In this document: positions 36,606-50,396 of the stretch, one piece after another
How positions within the stretch are numbered: the first letter of the stretch is position 1
Layout: each line of letters starts with the position of its first letter
Source of the DNA: Podarcis vaucheri
Lineage: Eukaryota
NCBI GenBank assembly: GCA_965113315.1
Contig: OZ220373.1
DNA: 64,000 nt
Strand: one strand, 5' to 3'
Program-made: the position numbers and the translations under genes
The notes under the pieces: model-generated
What the model was told of the DNA's origin: nothing
Seen by the model: the letters and a program-made list of their open reading frames with translations, nothing else
Database searches by the model: none

Positions 36606-39600
36606 CTGCATGCAACAAATGGAAGCAAAAAATAGGAATGGAAAAAGTATAGATAAATATGACAAGTGAGAAGGGTTTGATGATATGTTTGCTGGGCAGA
36701 AGCTTAAAATTTAAAACATGTTTATTTTTGCCATGACAATATCCTACATTTTTCAGCAACTTACCACCTGTTGAGGACTTCTTAACTTGTGAGAAGATGG
36801 AAAATTGTACATGAATATTGAAGATTGCCAAGTCAATTTTTGAATTAATGGACAGCCCATCCCTTAAGCAGACCGTGCCCACATTAGGCAGGTCACTGTA
36901 CAGCCATTCATCCAGCAGAAAACACTTTTTTTTAGTGAAGTGTTGAACTGGGAAATCCACTTGTCCAGTGTCACCATCTTAAGGAAGCCCCTTCTGCCCC
37001 AGTGGAACACCCCTTGCTCTCGTTCCCAGAGAGTCATTAGAGTCCATCTCCCCACCCTGATCCCGTCACCTCAGCCCCTCCAAGTCCTCGCTTTTCATTC
37101 TCCCACCAACACATGACCTTTCTGTTGCCATCCCTACATGAGCACTTTGTGGGGAAGCTCAAAACGTTCAGCGATGGCCAGCTGGAGCCCCTTGGAAACT
37201 CGCCAGCAGGGCTTGAAGTTAATTGAAAAGTCATGATAAACCTATTCTCTACGCATTTGTCTGATCTACTGCCAAAGCCTTCGGAGCTATTGCTCATGTG
37301 GTGGTGGGGAACTCCAAAATTGAGCCGCGATTTGTGTGCAGCGCTTTTCTTCTCTTCGTCCCAAGCCCGCCACCAAACACCAAATGATGACAGTTCCTTT
37401 TAGGAGTAAATTTGACTGGTCAAAATACAGATCCTGGGAGGAATCTGCTCTCCATTGTGGAAACTGGCCCTTAATTTCTAACTCTGCCTTCAGGGAGGTC
37501 TCTCGAAATCTGCATTGGATAGACACAGTTTAAACCTATTCATAAACGATTTTCAGTTGGGGTGAACCCTGAAATAAAGAGGGGGGGTGGTTCTTTCATA
37601 TATTTTTTTATGCCAAAATAACCTTACAGAAGTGAAAATAAAACCTATGACTGAATGTTATCACAGTGTGAACCTTTTATTACTCCAATTACCACCACTA
37701 TTTACTACTTGTAATAGTCTACTGGTTTTGTTTGCAAAGAGACCATCTCCAATACTTATTTAAAATTTAGATTTCTCACCAAGGGTCTCAAAGTCGTTTC
37801 CCAGAACAGAAATACAGATTAAAAAACCAAATACAATTTAAAATCAAAACAGCAAGAAAAATACAGAACTGCCACCTCACTTCCATTCCCTGCTTCCCAA
37901 CACGGACCCAGGCATTAAAGACCCTCCACTCATGGGCTCCCTTTCCCAGGGAATATTTGCAAGTATTTCTGATGCTCTCTTGAAAGAGCAGCTGCTCCTG
38001 TTCTCTTTCCTGTGGCCCAGCTGTTTTTATATGATGCGCTTTTCGAGATTTGGCAAAAATGGACAACTGGAAGACCATTCCAGGAACTGGAAGAGCATTA
38101 TTTCGGCAGTGGCAGAGGAGAGGTGGATGGTTCCTCCTACTCACGAACTCCTGGCATGTGCGGATCTGGAGCAACAAACCTGGGTTGGGAGAGGCTTTAC
38201 AGGAATCCACAGTTTGGTTTGGGGGTTTCTTTAGGAAAGGGGAAGGAGAGGTTAAAAAAAATGCTTGCTTGAGCTTTTTATAGGTCACATAAATTCACAC
38301 AACGATAGTAAATTGTTTGACAAGTCCTTCACCAACACGGAGTCTTTCATCTCAGCCACATTTTAGTAATACGTTTGCCAACACCTCAAAGAGCCATCAC
38401 AAAACATTTAACAAAACAAGGCAGGGGAGGTTCTATGAGCGAATATCTGACAGCCTAGGCGCCATTAAATTGGTTATTGGCTTACTAAAACTGAGCTCCT
38501 GGTTTTCAACCGTCTGAAGAGGGAATGCATCTGTTGGGTCTGTAAGGTCCAGCCAGGCCTGCAATGGCTGGATTCCTCAGTCTCACAAAATGAACCATGG
38601 AATTGCTAGTCTCTTCTTCAAAGCATCTCATGGGGAAAGAAATCCCACCTTCTGTGAGTCAGCTGAACGCACAAAGCCTCCTTAGGCGAAGTCAGGCCAC
38701 TCAGCTCCCCAAGGCCTTTCACAGCACTGCCACCCAAAATCCTTTTCAACTGAGGTGACAGGAATCAAACTTGGGACCTGCCACTCAGCTGTGTCCAGAA
38801 CTTTAAACGCCTTGACTCTGGTCAGCAGCAGCTTCCCTATCCTCCAGGATAAACCAACTTTTCTCTTCCAAGCTGGACTTTCCCCATCCTAGTCAAGCAC
38901 AGAAAACATTTCTCATCTTTGCTGCTCTCCTCCAAAGCCTTGTGTTGGCTTATTTTCCAAAACCCTGTGACTAAAACTAAAAAGTTATTGCATAGCACGA
39001 CATCCCAGCAGCACAGGAAGCCAGCTGGACTGCCATTGATCCCACATCTACACTTTTATAACGGGTTGTGAAGAAAGCAAAGAGGAGACCTTTGAAATAA
39101 GGGTCTTCAAAGCACCCAGGGCTGTTTTGTTCCAGCCACCCACCCACACGCCAGCGAGAGGAGCCTGAAGACACGATGTTCCTTTGGGTTTAAAAGCTAC
39201 AAACCATCCACACAAACCTCTGCAGAGAAATGCCCAAAAGCATCTCTGTCGCTAGTCCAGCTTACAAGAAATACTTCTTGCTTCCCCCTCCCGCTTGGCT
39301 AAGGCCCCCTTGTAAATTGAGTCAGATCTTCTGGAGAGACCAACACCTTCCAATTAATGCTACAAAGAAGGCTCAATGGTGCCAGGATCGGGAGGGGAGC
39401 TGGGAGAGACCACAGCAAAGGCTGGAGGCTGTGTGGAATCCAAAGGGCTGAACGCTGCTGCCATGTTCCCAGAGACAGACGCTCAGAAAACTATCATCTC
39501 CCTTTCTGTCTTGAAGCTGCGCCGATTAGTCATTCCTCTCTGGCAGCCGAAGTGGGTCTGTCGGAGCCGCAGGCAGAGCGCAGGCAGCCCCTGATCAAAC

Positions 39601-40531
39601 TTAACAAGCAAAACCTGCTCACAGGAGCGCAGCACAGCAGGTCTGGAGACAACTCAGGTAGAGAAGGCACACAGCCTTCCCAGAGGAGCTTCAGCACCTT
39701 GCCTCATCACGGCTGCAAGAATGCCCGTTTAATCTGACAAGCAGCGGGAGGCTTCCCACTCCCTTTTTTCCACGGAGATTAGTGGTCTCTGAGCACACTT
39801 AGCTTGCATTTCTGCTTTGGGGCCCTTCATCCATCACCTGTTGTCTGGGCTCCTGGGGGAGTTTACAGCTGACGCAGGTCTGAGTCTGGCCAGGATCTGG
39901 AGGGGAGACCGCCTGTGAAATTTTCCACCAAAGCATGGTGCCTTCCAGGAGGAAAGAAAAGCCAGGTATCCATGAAAATAAACAGAAGCTACAAGCACTG
40001 GAGTTATCAGGGATGTTCATCGTTTTACTTAACAAAGAGCAAGCAGGTTTAATCTTTGCCAGGCCTGATGTTCTTCGTGAGGCAGAGGCTTTGCTTCCTG
40101 GCAGCTCCTGGCCTAGGAGAGTCCATCCCCTTCCTTCCAAGGCAGCCTCTCTCACTCAAAGCAGCGCACGCCAACAGCTCATCCCAGTATTTAGTTGACA
40201 TCCAGCTGGTGGGGCAACAAAAACAATTCTGCACCTTCGTCTATCTTTTTCTTGGTCGGGAGAGCTCTTGCCATCTCTGTTGCCCTCCTCCTTCTCAAAC
40301 AGTTGGGCCACGGCTAGAGCTCTCAATGAGTTGGTGTCAGTCATCTCCGATTCAGCTAAGCCTGTTAACTGCTTTTTGTAATTCACATTAGCTCAGAACT
40401 TTCCCCCAATTAATCTACCTGCTTTAGGAAATTGATTCTCCGTGGTCCACCAGCTATTTCTATGGGAAATTGACAAACACAAGAGCTTCGTTCTCCATCA
40501 CTGGCTTAAAGGTGCACGGGTTCAGGAAACG

Positions 40532-40886
40532 GGGACATGGCTGGCGCTGAGCCTCTTGGGCTTGCCAATCAGGTTGGCGTTTCAAATCCCCGCGACAGGG
40601 TGAGCTCCCGTTGCTGTGTCCCAGCTTCTGCCAACCTGGTAGTTTGAAAGCACACCAGTGCAAGTAGATAAATAGGTACCAACCACTGCAGCGGGCAGGT
40701 AAATGGCATTTGCGTGCACTCTGGCTTCCATCATGGGTGTCCCGTTGTGCCAGAAGTGGTTTAGTCATGCTGGCCAGATTACCTGGAAAGCTGTCTGTGG
40801 ACAAATGCCAGCTCCCTTGGCCTGAAGCAAGATGAGTGCCACACCCCATAGTCACCTTTGACTAGACTTAACCCTCCAGGGGTCCA
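40532..40886 (+). mobile_element. Sauria SINE, older copy
   Basis: Shares the gtgcaagtagataaataggtacc core and overall layout with 42256-42607. Confidence 0.8.
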
Positions 40887-41954
40887 GTTCAGGAAAGAAT
40901 CAGAGATTTGAAGGTGGGCCTAGCCTGGCCCAAATAACTCCACATAAGAGACTTGGTGGTCAAAATGGCCACTTTATACCTGTCTAAGAGGTGAAACTGT
41001 AGATCAAATTTTGGCATTTTCCTAATACTGTAACTCAAGGTATATGCCTCCTGCACTTATATGCCAATTTCAGGAGCAAAGTAATCACTTTCATGTTTAT
41101 TTTCATCTTCTGTGCAGAGATAGTTTTCTTATTCTTTTAAATACCTTTTAAGGTTAAAATAGAGTTAAGCCTTGGAATTTGTAAAACTGATGGTGAGAAT
41201 GCCCAAAACGCTGTGACTTACAAAAAGGGTCTTACGTCTTTAAAAGGACCTCTATGCTGGGTGCCTGAAGAGCTCTGCAACAAAAAGAATTCGGGGATTC
41301 TGCTAGGCTGAAAAGGATTCACCTGGCCATCAGGAAAGCTCAGGGGGCATCGGTGCACCTCTCACCCAGACCCCAATTCAGACACTGTGCTGATCCGGAT
41401 TATTCCGTGAATCATGTTAGCAGCCGTCATACTACACAGAAGCATCTGCCCTCGTCAAGACTGATTTGAAAGAGAAGTTCAGCACTTGGTACCGGCTGAT
41501 TTTGTCTCCCTACCCCAGCTTCTGCCACACTGCAGGAGAGAGTGTATAGCCTACAGCAGAACAAGTATCTTGCTGACTTGGCAGTGTATTAACCTACATC
41601 TGTCATGCCATTCACCTGCTTCCACTCCTCTCCAAAACACGGGGCAAAGTGACATACTCAGGAAAAGCAGGAAAAGCAAAATACACATTATTTAATAAGC
41701 AACAATAATACGTGCATTTCAAGCACCCACAGAAAATGCCACATCCACTACGATGCCTTTGGTGCTGCCTCCAATGTGGGGCTGAGGGACTTATGGGCAG
41801 GACCCACAAATTAGCAATGTGGCAACAAGCCGCAAGAACAGAAGAAGAGCCTGTTGGATGAGGCCTGCGCAAAATGCGCAATTAAGACCTGAGTGCAAGA
41901 GCCCTCCTCTAGCCACTGGTATTCGGAAGCATTGCAGGGCCTTCTCAGTAGTGG

Positions 41955-42215
41955 CCCCTGTGGAACGGCTCTTACTGTCAGAAAGTTCTTCAAAAGGTTT
42001 AGTTAGGATATCCTATCTTGTCATTTGAATCCATTGGTTCAGGTCCTCCCCTCTGGAGCAGCGGAAAACAAGCTTCTTCCATCTTCCATGTAACAGACCT
42101 TCAGATATTGGAAGATGGCTATCTGATCCCCCCTCGGCTGTCTCTTCCCCAAGCTAAAGGTTCCCAGTTCCCTCAACCGTTCCTCATAAGGCCTTGGTTT
42201 CCAGGCCCTTCATAA
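41955..42215 (-). mobile_element. CR1 LINE fragment
   Basis: gctcttactgtcagaaagttctt...ccctctggagcagcggaaaacaag, same family as 62674-62980. Confidence 0.7.
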
Positions 42216-42255
42216 TATTTGATGTTTTTAAAAAGGATGTTCTAATAATAATAAT

Positions 42256-42607
42256 GGGACGCGGGTGGCGCTGTGGGTAAAACCTCTGTGGGCTTGCTGA
42301 TCGTCAGGTCAGCGGTTCGAATCCCCGCAGCGGGGTGTGCTCCCATCGTTCGGTCCCAGCGCCTGCCAACCTAGCAGTTCAAAAGCACCCCCGGGTGCAA
42401 GTAGATAAATAGGTACCGCTTACCAGCGGGAAGGTAAACGGCGTTCCGTGTGCTGCGCTGGCTCGCCAGAGCAGCGATGTCACGCTGGCCACGTGACCCG
42501 GAAGTGTCTGCGGACAGCGCTGGCTCCCGGCCTATAGAGTGAGATGAGCGCACAACCCTAGAGTCTGCCAAGACTGGCCCGTTCGGGCAGGGGTACCTTT
42601 ACCTTTT
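42256..42607 (+). mobile_element. Full-length young Sauria SINE
   Basis: Starts gggacgcgggtggcgctgtggg, B-box ggttcgaatcc, ends (accttt)n; 13-bp flanking repeat taataataataat at 42243-42255 and 42608-42620; CpGs retained. Confidence 0.9.
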
Positions 42608-42766
42608 TAATAATAATAATTTTATTATTTGCACCCTGCCTATCTGACTGAGTTGCCCCAGTCACTCAGGGCGGATTCCAGCATATAGAAAAACATAATA
42701 AAACATTAAACCTTAAAAAGCTTCCATATGCAGGGCTCCCTTCAGGTGTTTCCTACATGCTATATA

Positions 42767-43027
42767 CCGTATTTTTCGCTCTATAAGACGCACCAGACCA
42801 CAAGACGCACCTAGTTTTTGGAGGAGGAAAACAAGAAAAAAAAATATTCTGAAACTCAGAAGCCAGAACAGCTAGAGGGATCGCTGCGCAATGAAAGCAG
42901 CAATCCCTCTTCCTGTTCTGGCTTCTGGGATAGCTGTGCAGCCTGCATTCGCTCCATAAGACGCACACACATTTCCCCTTACTTTTTAGGAGGGGAAAAA
43001 GTGAGTCTTATAGAGCAAAAAATACGG
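42767..43027. mobile_element. Tc1/mariner (Tigger/pogo-like) MITE inserted in an L2 fragment (about 42620-43075, minus strand)
   Basis: TIR ccgtatttttcgctctataagacgcac / gtgagtcttatagagcaaaaaatacgg; TA on both sides; flanks rejoin as the L2 seen at 8214-8567. Confidence 0.8.
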
Positions 43028-44926
43028 TAGTTACTCATCTCCTTGACATCTGATGGGAGGGCGTTCCACGGGGATACTTGATGATTTAAAAAACTTTCAA
43101 ACATCTGTATTATTTTTGCCTTTTTTGTTGTCTGCTGCCCTGGGCTCTTTTGGAAGGGAAGGTGGGGTGAAAATCTAATTACGAGCAGCAAAGTAACAAG
43201 AAATCTACCATCTGTCTGCAGATGTGGAAGAATTCCTACCTCTCACTGGAAGAACTGAAGAAACAGCCAAGAAACAAACCACCATGGCCAGTATTGCCTA
43301 TCTATCCCACTGCAATAAAATGGGCTGCCTCAGAAGCCCTTTTTCCCCGGACGAAAGGCGGCTGGGAGAGGACCTCCCAAGGATTCTCCAGTGATGAACT
43401 GCATCCAGCCCAGACTTCCCAAGGCTGGGTTGGGCGACACCTGAACTATTGATATGCTCCTGGAAGTGAAAGGCATTACCTGGCTGCCATGGGAGCCCCC
43501 GGGCAAATGGTATCTGAGTGCAGCAGGCATTGTTAGCCTTCTCCATGACAACCAGATGGCTGTGTCTTTCATAACAAGGAACGGAGGTGCCATCTGTCTC
43601 TACAAATATTGGACTCTCCACTTAATTATCCAGCCACAGAGACTTTATTTGGCACACGGATGAGGGGTGAGTGGCACTTATTTGTTCTATATATTCTTCT
43701 CCAAACAGTTACACCATTTGGGACCATGGAAAATCACTCAGCGGCATTCTCTTTGGCTCTCTGTGTTGGAATCTGAAGATTCACGGTTTGTGCAACGCTA
43801 CATTCCTGCAGATGACAAATCCTTTGCTGAGCGCAGTCTAAATATTGGCCTTCAATACTGGGGTATCACATTTTCCTAACGTCAGACGCAGGAGGTTTCG
43901 TCCGTCAAATTCTGATATGTTCCACACCAGGTGGTCTTCCAGCTGCTACATCTGTGCTGTTGAACAAGGATGAGAGCACTTCCTGGCCACAGCATGTACA
44001 GATGGCGGTAACTCCATGCCATGCCACTGGCCACCCAGTTTTCCAAAGGCAGCTTCAACACAGCCACTATCTGGAGTCTCAAAAGTCAGGAGCGCAGAAA
44101 CCAAGTTCAGAGACTCTGAGCATCTTTCTGCACCATTTTTGTGTTGTGAATAACTGAGTGGAGAAGACAAGCCTGCAAGAGTGGGAAGATGACTCACTGC
44201 AGATTATAATGGAAGTTGACACCTCCAGAAACAAGTACGGATTGGAAATCCCAGCCTTCTAAAATGCTAAGTGGTTCTGACAGCCAGTGCATTGGCAAAC
44301 TCAGAGCAACCGAAGATCATGGACAAGCCCCTGTGTAAACAGCTTTTCCTGAGGCAAGCACCAAGAACACTCACACATGTTACCGCTGTCCAAAGTGTAT
44401 ACATGTATATTTAATTTAGTAAAGACTATGTGCTTCATGATGCTCCTGAAGACCGTTCCTTGGACCAACTTCTGCTGGTGCAGGGAGCCTGCGCACTCTT
44501 GAGACACAAAAAAATACCCTTCAGCCAGCAAACAGAAGTTTGCCAGTTCTCTGACACATGGATGCTGAGCTTGGATGCAAAGGCAAATAGGCTGAGCCAC
44601 CGCAAACAGAAGCCTAGTAGCAAATCAACAAAGCCATATGAGCCGCAGAGGAATTCCAGCTGCTCAAACAGTCCATCCCATTAGATCCGAGAAGGGTCAC
44701 TTGCAAGAACCTCTAGGAAATGACGTGGGGCAGGGGGAGGGAGACCCCCCCATTTTTCCTTAGCCCTTCCACATCCCTCTCAGGTTCCTCCACTGGGGTA
44801 AATCTGCAAAGACTTTGGAATTCCCTCCCTAGAGACATTAGACTTGTCCTTCCACCGTCAAGTGTAGATTTTCTTCTTCCAACAGGCTTTGGGGGAAAGG
44901 ACTGCTTCCATATGCTTTATATGTAA

Positions 44927-45450
44927 TGTTGAGGGGGGAGCGTATGCCTGAGTCCCTTCGGATTCCTAGATCCAGCAAGGATTCAGCTGAAGTAGCCAGG
45001 CCAGCTTCCAGTTAAGGCTCCCCTAAGTATGGGTCATAAAGGTAACAAAGGAAGTGGCTCTGTGCCAGAACACAAATGTGTGGGGGCCCCTCCCAAACTC
45101 GCCGGTAGTTAGGAGGACAAAAGCCAGAGTTGAGGTGCATGTGAGCTCAAAGCTGGGAGAGGCTGGAGGCTGAAGCCTGGGAGAGAGAGAGACCTGCTTG
45201 ATTTCTGCTGGAATCCAAGGCTGTGTCTATGGGAGAAGCAGGACCCTCGTGGATCTACAATTCTTTGATTCTACTAATGCTGCAAGCCCCATCATCGTAG
45301 CCTCAGGTTGCATATATGTGCAAATAAACCATATATCCTAAAGACCCCACAGTCTCTGCTGTCCCCTCAATCGGAGGAAACTGAACCCCGGGGAAGCACC
45401 TGGAACCCCTGGAATCTGGCACTGCTTGGAGATTGGGGTGGCATGCAGCA
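44927..45450 (+). mobile_element. Possible solo LTR interrupting an L2 tail
   Basis: TGTTG...CAGCA ends, aataaa near 45323, L2-like sequence on both sides; no clean TSD. Confidence 0.4.
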
Positions 45451-46717
45451 ATATCTATAGTTTTAATTCTACCAGTGTTTCATTGTTTTTAAATGCTTTC
45501 TTCCCTATGATTTTAGCTGCTCTTATTTTTATCAGGAAGCCACCTTGAGTCAAAGAAAAAGGAGGTGTATAAATAAATATACAGTAATTATAATAATAAA
45601 GGCCTCAAACATGTGCTGCCATTGCTACTGGCCTGATCAGTCCATGAACAGAATATGTTGAGATGTGTGCTGTACACTCAAAGAGGTGAGGACCCCCCTG
45701 GCTGTGGGATAGCAGAGGCTGCTGCTGCTGCCTGCCCCTTTCCCATTCGAGGAGGGAGGAAGCCCCTTGGATTCTGAGGGTGAAACCCCACATGCGCAAG
45801 TCCCTCTGGAAGATCTTGGGAGCGCTCTGCGCATAAGCCAGCACCTGCTTCGGTGAGCAACACAACTTTCAAAAATAGGTATTTTAAACCTGGAGCAAAA
45901 AACATGAAGTTGCTTTGCAATCTGCCAGTTGGCCTCTTCTCTCTCTGGCAAACAGAAGCGATTTTCTAACAAGATGTTTCCAACTTCTTCTTTTTATATA
46001 AGATTAAGACTATTCACACAGCAGGATATTTTTTTTACCACTGAATAGCTATTTAAAAAATCAGCTCCAAAACCGAAAATAAAGATCCTGCGCATTAGCC
46101 GCTTCAGAGAGCATCGGACCTTCCAAGCGACACGTGAGGTCAGTGTCCTGGGCGCTCACGGCTCCTCTGCAACAGCCCTGCCCCTTTCCTGCAGCCCCAG
46201 TGAGCTGCCCCTCCTTCCTGCCCTGCCCCTGTTGTTGCTCCCGCAAAGCCTTCTGCTAAGCTTATTTAGAGAAAGTACAAGCAGGACCTTTCACTTATCA
46301 TTGCGCGATGCATTTATCATGTTGCAAGCGGCCAGAGTGGCCAGAGTGGACAGTGCTCATGTCCTCCTACTGGCTAGGGAGGAAATTCTTCCCTAAGAGA
46401 GGCCTCCAGACCTCTGCCTGAGGACTCCTCCTGGAGAAAAAGCAGCGTGACAACGTCCAAAGACTTGACAATTCAAGGAATGGTTCTGCCAGATCAGAGA
46501 ATCACAGAACTGGAGCACTGGCAGGGGCCCCACATGGAGTGGTGCATTTTCAAAAAAAAAATTAATTTGAACGATTTGAGAAAATTCCGACATCTAAGCA
46601 ACAAATAGGCCAGCTATTTAAAATATTTAACTTTTTACTAGAAGCAGATTATAATGGCGTACATTTGATAAAACCAAAATGGGAAAAAGAATTCAATTTA
46701 ATCACATCTAATGAAAA

Positions 46718-47097
46718 ATCATAGAATCGTGGAGTTGGAAGGGACTTCCAAAGGTCATCCAGTCTATCCCATTGAAATGCAGGAATCTCAACTAAAGCAT
46801 CCAGGACAGATGACCCTCTAACTTCTGCTTGAAAACCTCTGAGGAAGAAGAGTCCACCACCTCCGGAGGGGTCCCTTCCACTGTCCAGCAGCTCTTACTG
46901 TCAGAAAGTTCTTCTTCATCTCCTACTTGTAACCTGAAGCCATGGGTTCGAGTCCTACCCTCCAGAGCAGCAGAAAACACGCTTACTCCATCTTCCAAGT
47001 GACAGAAGGGCTTGTATGATCTAGTTGAGATTCCTGCATTGCAGCGGCTTTGACTAGATGACCCTCAGGGTTCCTCCCAACTCTATAATTCTATAAT
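46718..47097. mobile_element. Two CR1 3'-end fragments in opposite orientation
   Basis: 46718-47003 is a minus-strand CR1 (ORF ...AALEGRTRTHGFRLQ...EVFKQKLEGHLSWML); 47012-47097 is a plus-strand CR1 tail ending ctataattctataa. Confidence 0.7.
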
Positions 47098-49012
47098 TTG
47101 ATATTTTCTGAAATTAGGAGGTGCATTTCCATGCACGAAAATATAGGGAATATTTTGTGACCATGGCTTTTAATATAAAGAAACTAAAACACATACACCC
47201 CTCTTATTCTGGGCTTCTCCATCAGTCTCAGCCAAGGAATGATGGGAGTTGTAGTCAACCACAGCTGAAGGGCAAGGCATCTCCCCCGACTCCCTGTTCC
47301 ATCATGCAGGCCTTTCGCAGTGGCTGCGGAGAGCCCAGCGCACAACTGGATGGAGCCTTTGCAATGAACTGCAAAGCTTGGCCCTCTGCCCACTTGCCAC
47401 CCACAGGCCTAGTGAGGATGATCTCCAGCCCTGCAGGGCTTAGAACTGCGCAGCTCAGTTGCACTAATGCAGTGAACTGCAAACCCTTTGCCTCTTCTGC
47501 TCAGTCGCACATGGACTTTAATATGCAATTAAGTCAATGTCCTTCTCCAAATCCTGTGCAATCCAAATCAGTTAAAAAGGGGGGGGGGATCTCCCCACAC
47601 AAAAACTTCCTTTTGTAAAGTTTCTATGTAAACCACTTAGAATTTTTCATTCCTATTAAGTGGTATAAAAATTTAATAAATACTTGAATAATGAGTTAAT
47701 ACAATGCCACTCAGTGATATTAGAAAAGTAATTAAGCTACTAGATATTTAATTTGCTTGTCCAGCAACAGGGTAATTAACAATTCGTAATGTTAACCTTC
47801 TTGAAGAGAGCCTCTAATCAGCCTAGTGGATAAGCAACCGGCAACATGTAATACTCTAAATACCAAGTCTTACCAGGTTCCAGTGGAGGAGAGCAGTTCA
47901 GATATACAAAGCCCTGGAGATTGGCACACCACTTAGGAAGGGAAAGCTGGATCTGTTCTGTTTTCTTTTTGAGCATTTAACAAAAGCAACAGAACTGCCC
48001 TCGCCCCTTCCTACGCCCTGCATCCAAATATCAGCACCACTTGGCAGGAGTTGCAGCTGAGATCCCCACAGCCCCACATCTCCCCAGGGCATGGGGAAGG
48101 GCTGGGAATAGGGGCACCCTGGCCTGCAGAAGGAGCCATCTGGAGCTTCTGGCTTGACAATGGAAGCATCTGACAGTGACCCACAGTTAGAAACAAATGG
48201 CAGCTTATCTCAAATGAGCAGCGAGCAAAGCTTGGCTTACAGTTGTGATTTGGAGGAAAATATCCTGCAAGTGCTGCTTCACACATCAAGGGTAAGACAG
48301 GCGGTCTCGCTTCTGCGCTCCAGTTGGGGGCAGAGTTGGGGGCTGAGCATGGGAGCGCATGCTGCTCACAGGAAACCACCGTTTATTCCATGCTGGGCTA
48401 CAGAGAAGCATGAACCAGGCCACTTATGCTGATGCAGAATCAAGGCCTCTAGAACGCTTCCCGCTTTGCATGCAGAACATTGTGATTTGATTTTGGATGT
48501 TATACTCCCATTTCCACCAGAAAACTCAGTCTTGTCCACACACTGAAAGACACCTGGCCCAAGGGGTCCAGTTTTTTGAGCAAGAGAGCGGCCGTTCTAG
48601 GAGGCAGTCCACTTTGGCTCCCATTGCCATGCTACACAGGGGGGCCCTGCAGTGGCCAACCGGGGCTTCATGCCTGACCAGACTTGCAAGGCCAAGAATG
48701 CTGCTGGCAGCAAGGAAAGGGCTTGGCAAGCGAGGCTTCTGCCTCTGCCGCACAGGCCCCCTTGAACCCAGTTGGCTGCACTGAGACATGGCACTCTCCA
48801 AACCACAGAACGAAGGACAGGCAAACACCATGTCTGAATGCAACCACCAAGAGAGACCCAGACAGACAGGGCTGGCACAGGGATTGTTATTGCCAGGGTT
48901 CTGAAGTACTGACAGCTCAGCAAACACACTTTGTTCTACTGGAGAAAGAAAGCAAAGCACGACAACCTACTGAAGGTCTGAAATACGGAGTGACTGAACA
49001 TTTCTCACTTAC

Positions 49013-49070
49013 AACACTGGGAGGCAGCAGTGGGCAGCGGCTGCTTCTGGACCTCTTCCGCAAACGAATG
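49013..49070 (-). CDS. UNC13B: UNC13B exon 7 (58 nt): HSFAEEVQKQPLPTAASQC
   Basis: cctttag|CATTCG...CAGTGTT|gtaagt; phase 0-1; similar to mammalian ...QRKPLPTAAAQC. Confidence 0.9.
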
Positions 49071-49411
49071 CTAAAGGGGGAAATGAGTAGAGATGAGGAA
49101 TGCAGTAAAACGATTTTCAGCAGACAGGGGCTATCTCATTTAGGGGCACTTTTCTCCTCTTCCATAAAACCAAACACTCCCCTCTCCCAAAGAAACATTT
49201 GCCCTGTTTCATGCCAAAGCTTCCGGGCACCTGCTCCAGGGTCCCCCTTGGTTGCTACAAAGCCCCAAACACTTTCCCCCAAGTGTTTGCAAGCCGAGTT
49301 TGATTCCTCCTGTGCAGCCCTGCCTAGATTTGGAACAGGACTGGAAAAGAAAGCAGGAACTGGGGCTCTGGTAGTGCCAAACTTTGTTGTACTGTTTTTA
49401 TACTGTTTTAA

Positions 49412-49821
49412 GTGAGAGCTGGACCATAAAGAAGGCTGATCGCCGAAGAATTGATGCTTTTGAATTATGGTGCTGGAGGAGACTCTTGAGAGTCCCATGG
49501 ACTGCAAGAAGATCAAACCTCTCCATTCTGAAGGAAATCAGCCCTGAGTGCTCACTGGAAGGACAGATCGTGAAGCTGAGGCTCCAATACTTTGGCCACC
49601 TCATGAGAAGAGAGGACTCCCTGGAAAAGACCCTGATGTTGGGAAAGATGGAGGGCACAAGGAGAAGGGGACGACAGAGAATGAGATGGTTGGATGGTGT
49701 TCTTGAAGCTACTAGCATGAGTTTGATCAAACTGCGGGAGGCAGTGGAGGACAGAAGTGCCTGGCGTGCTCTGGTCCATGGGGTCACGAAGAGTCGGACA
49801 CGACTAAACGACTAAACAACA
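49412..49821 (+). mobile_element. RTE-BovB LINE, 5'-truncated 3' end
   Basis: ESWTIKKADRRRIDAFELWCWRRLLRVPWTARRSNLSILKEISPECSLEG..LKLRLQYFGHLMRR..SLEKTLMLGK...VHGVTKSRTRLND* with a (caa) tail is the classic BovB C-terminus. Confidence 0.93.
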
Positions 49822-50396
49822 AAATCTTTGCTGTGAACCGCCCTGCGCTTTGGGTAGGCAGAACATAAATGGTTTAAATTAAATAAAAATGCAAGGAAGT
49901 ATTGAGGGCGCAGGGTAGCACCAGAACAGTGGTCTTCCGCCTTCTCAGACCCAGGGACCAACCTTAAAGCCACAGGTGCATCGGGGAGCCATTTCCTTCT
50001 GTATTTGCTGTGCCCCACCTTAGATCAGGCCACTTCTTGGCAATGGGTCCCAACCCACCAATAGAAGACCAATGGCCTGGAAAGCTATACAACAGGCAGG
50101 AATCCTGTCCCCACCTCTCCCACCTGCATGCATGCACTCTGTAGAGATGACCACCTTGAGATTTCTTTTTAGCCAATGCAGCCCCAGGATTCAGTGGGAT
50201 TTTGTTTTGTTGCTAAACGGGAGTTTCCCTTGGGGTCTTGGTTACCTCCTCCCCCCCCCATTCTTCCCCTGTATTTCTAATAAATAACTGCAGAACCAAA
50301 GAACGCCTTCAGTTAGCCTGTCACTTTCAAAAGCGGTGGCTCGTCTTGCATTATCCAATGGTGCAATGGAAAGTCAGCCTGCACAGCTGGCTGGGT

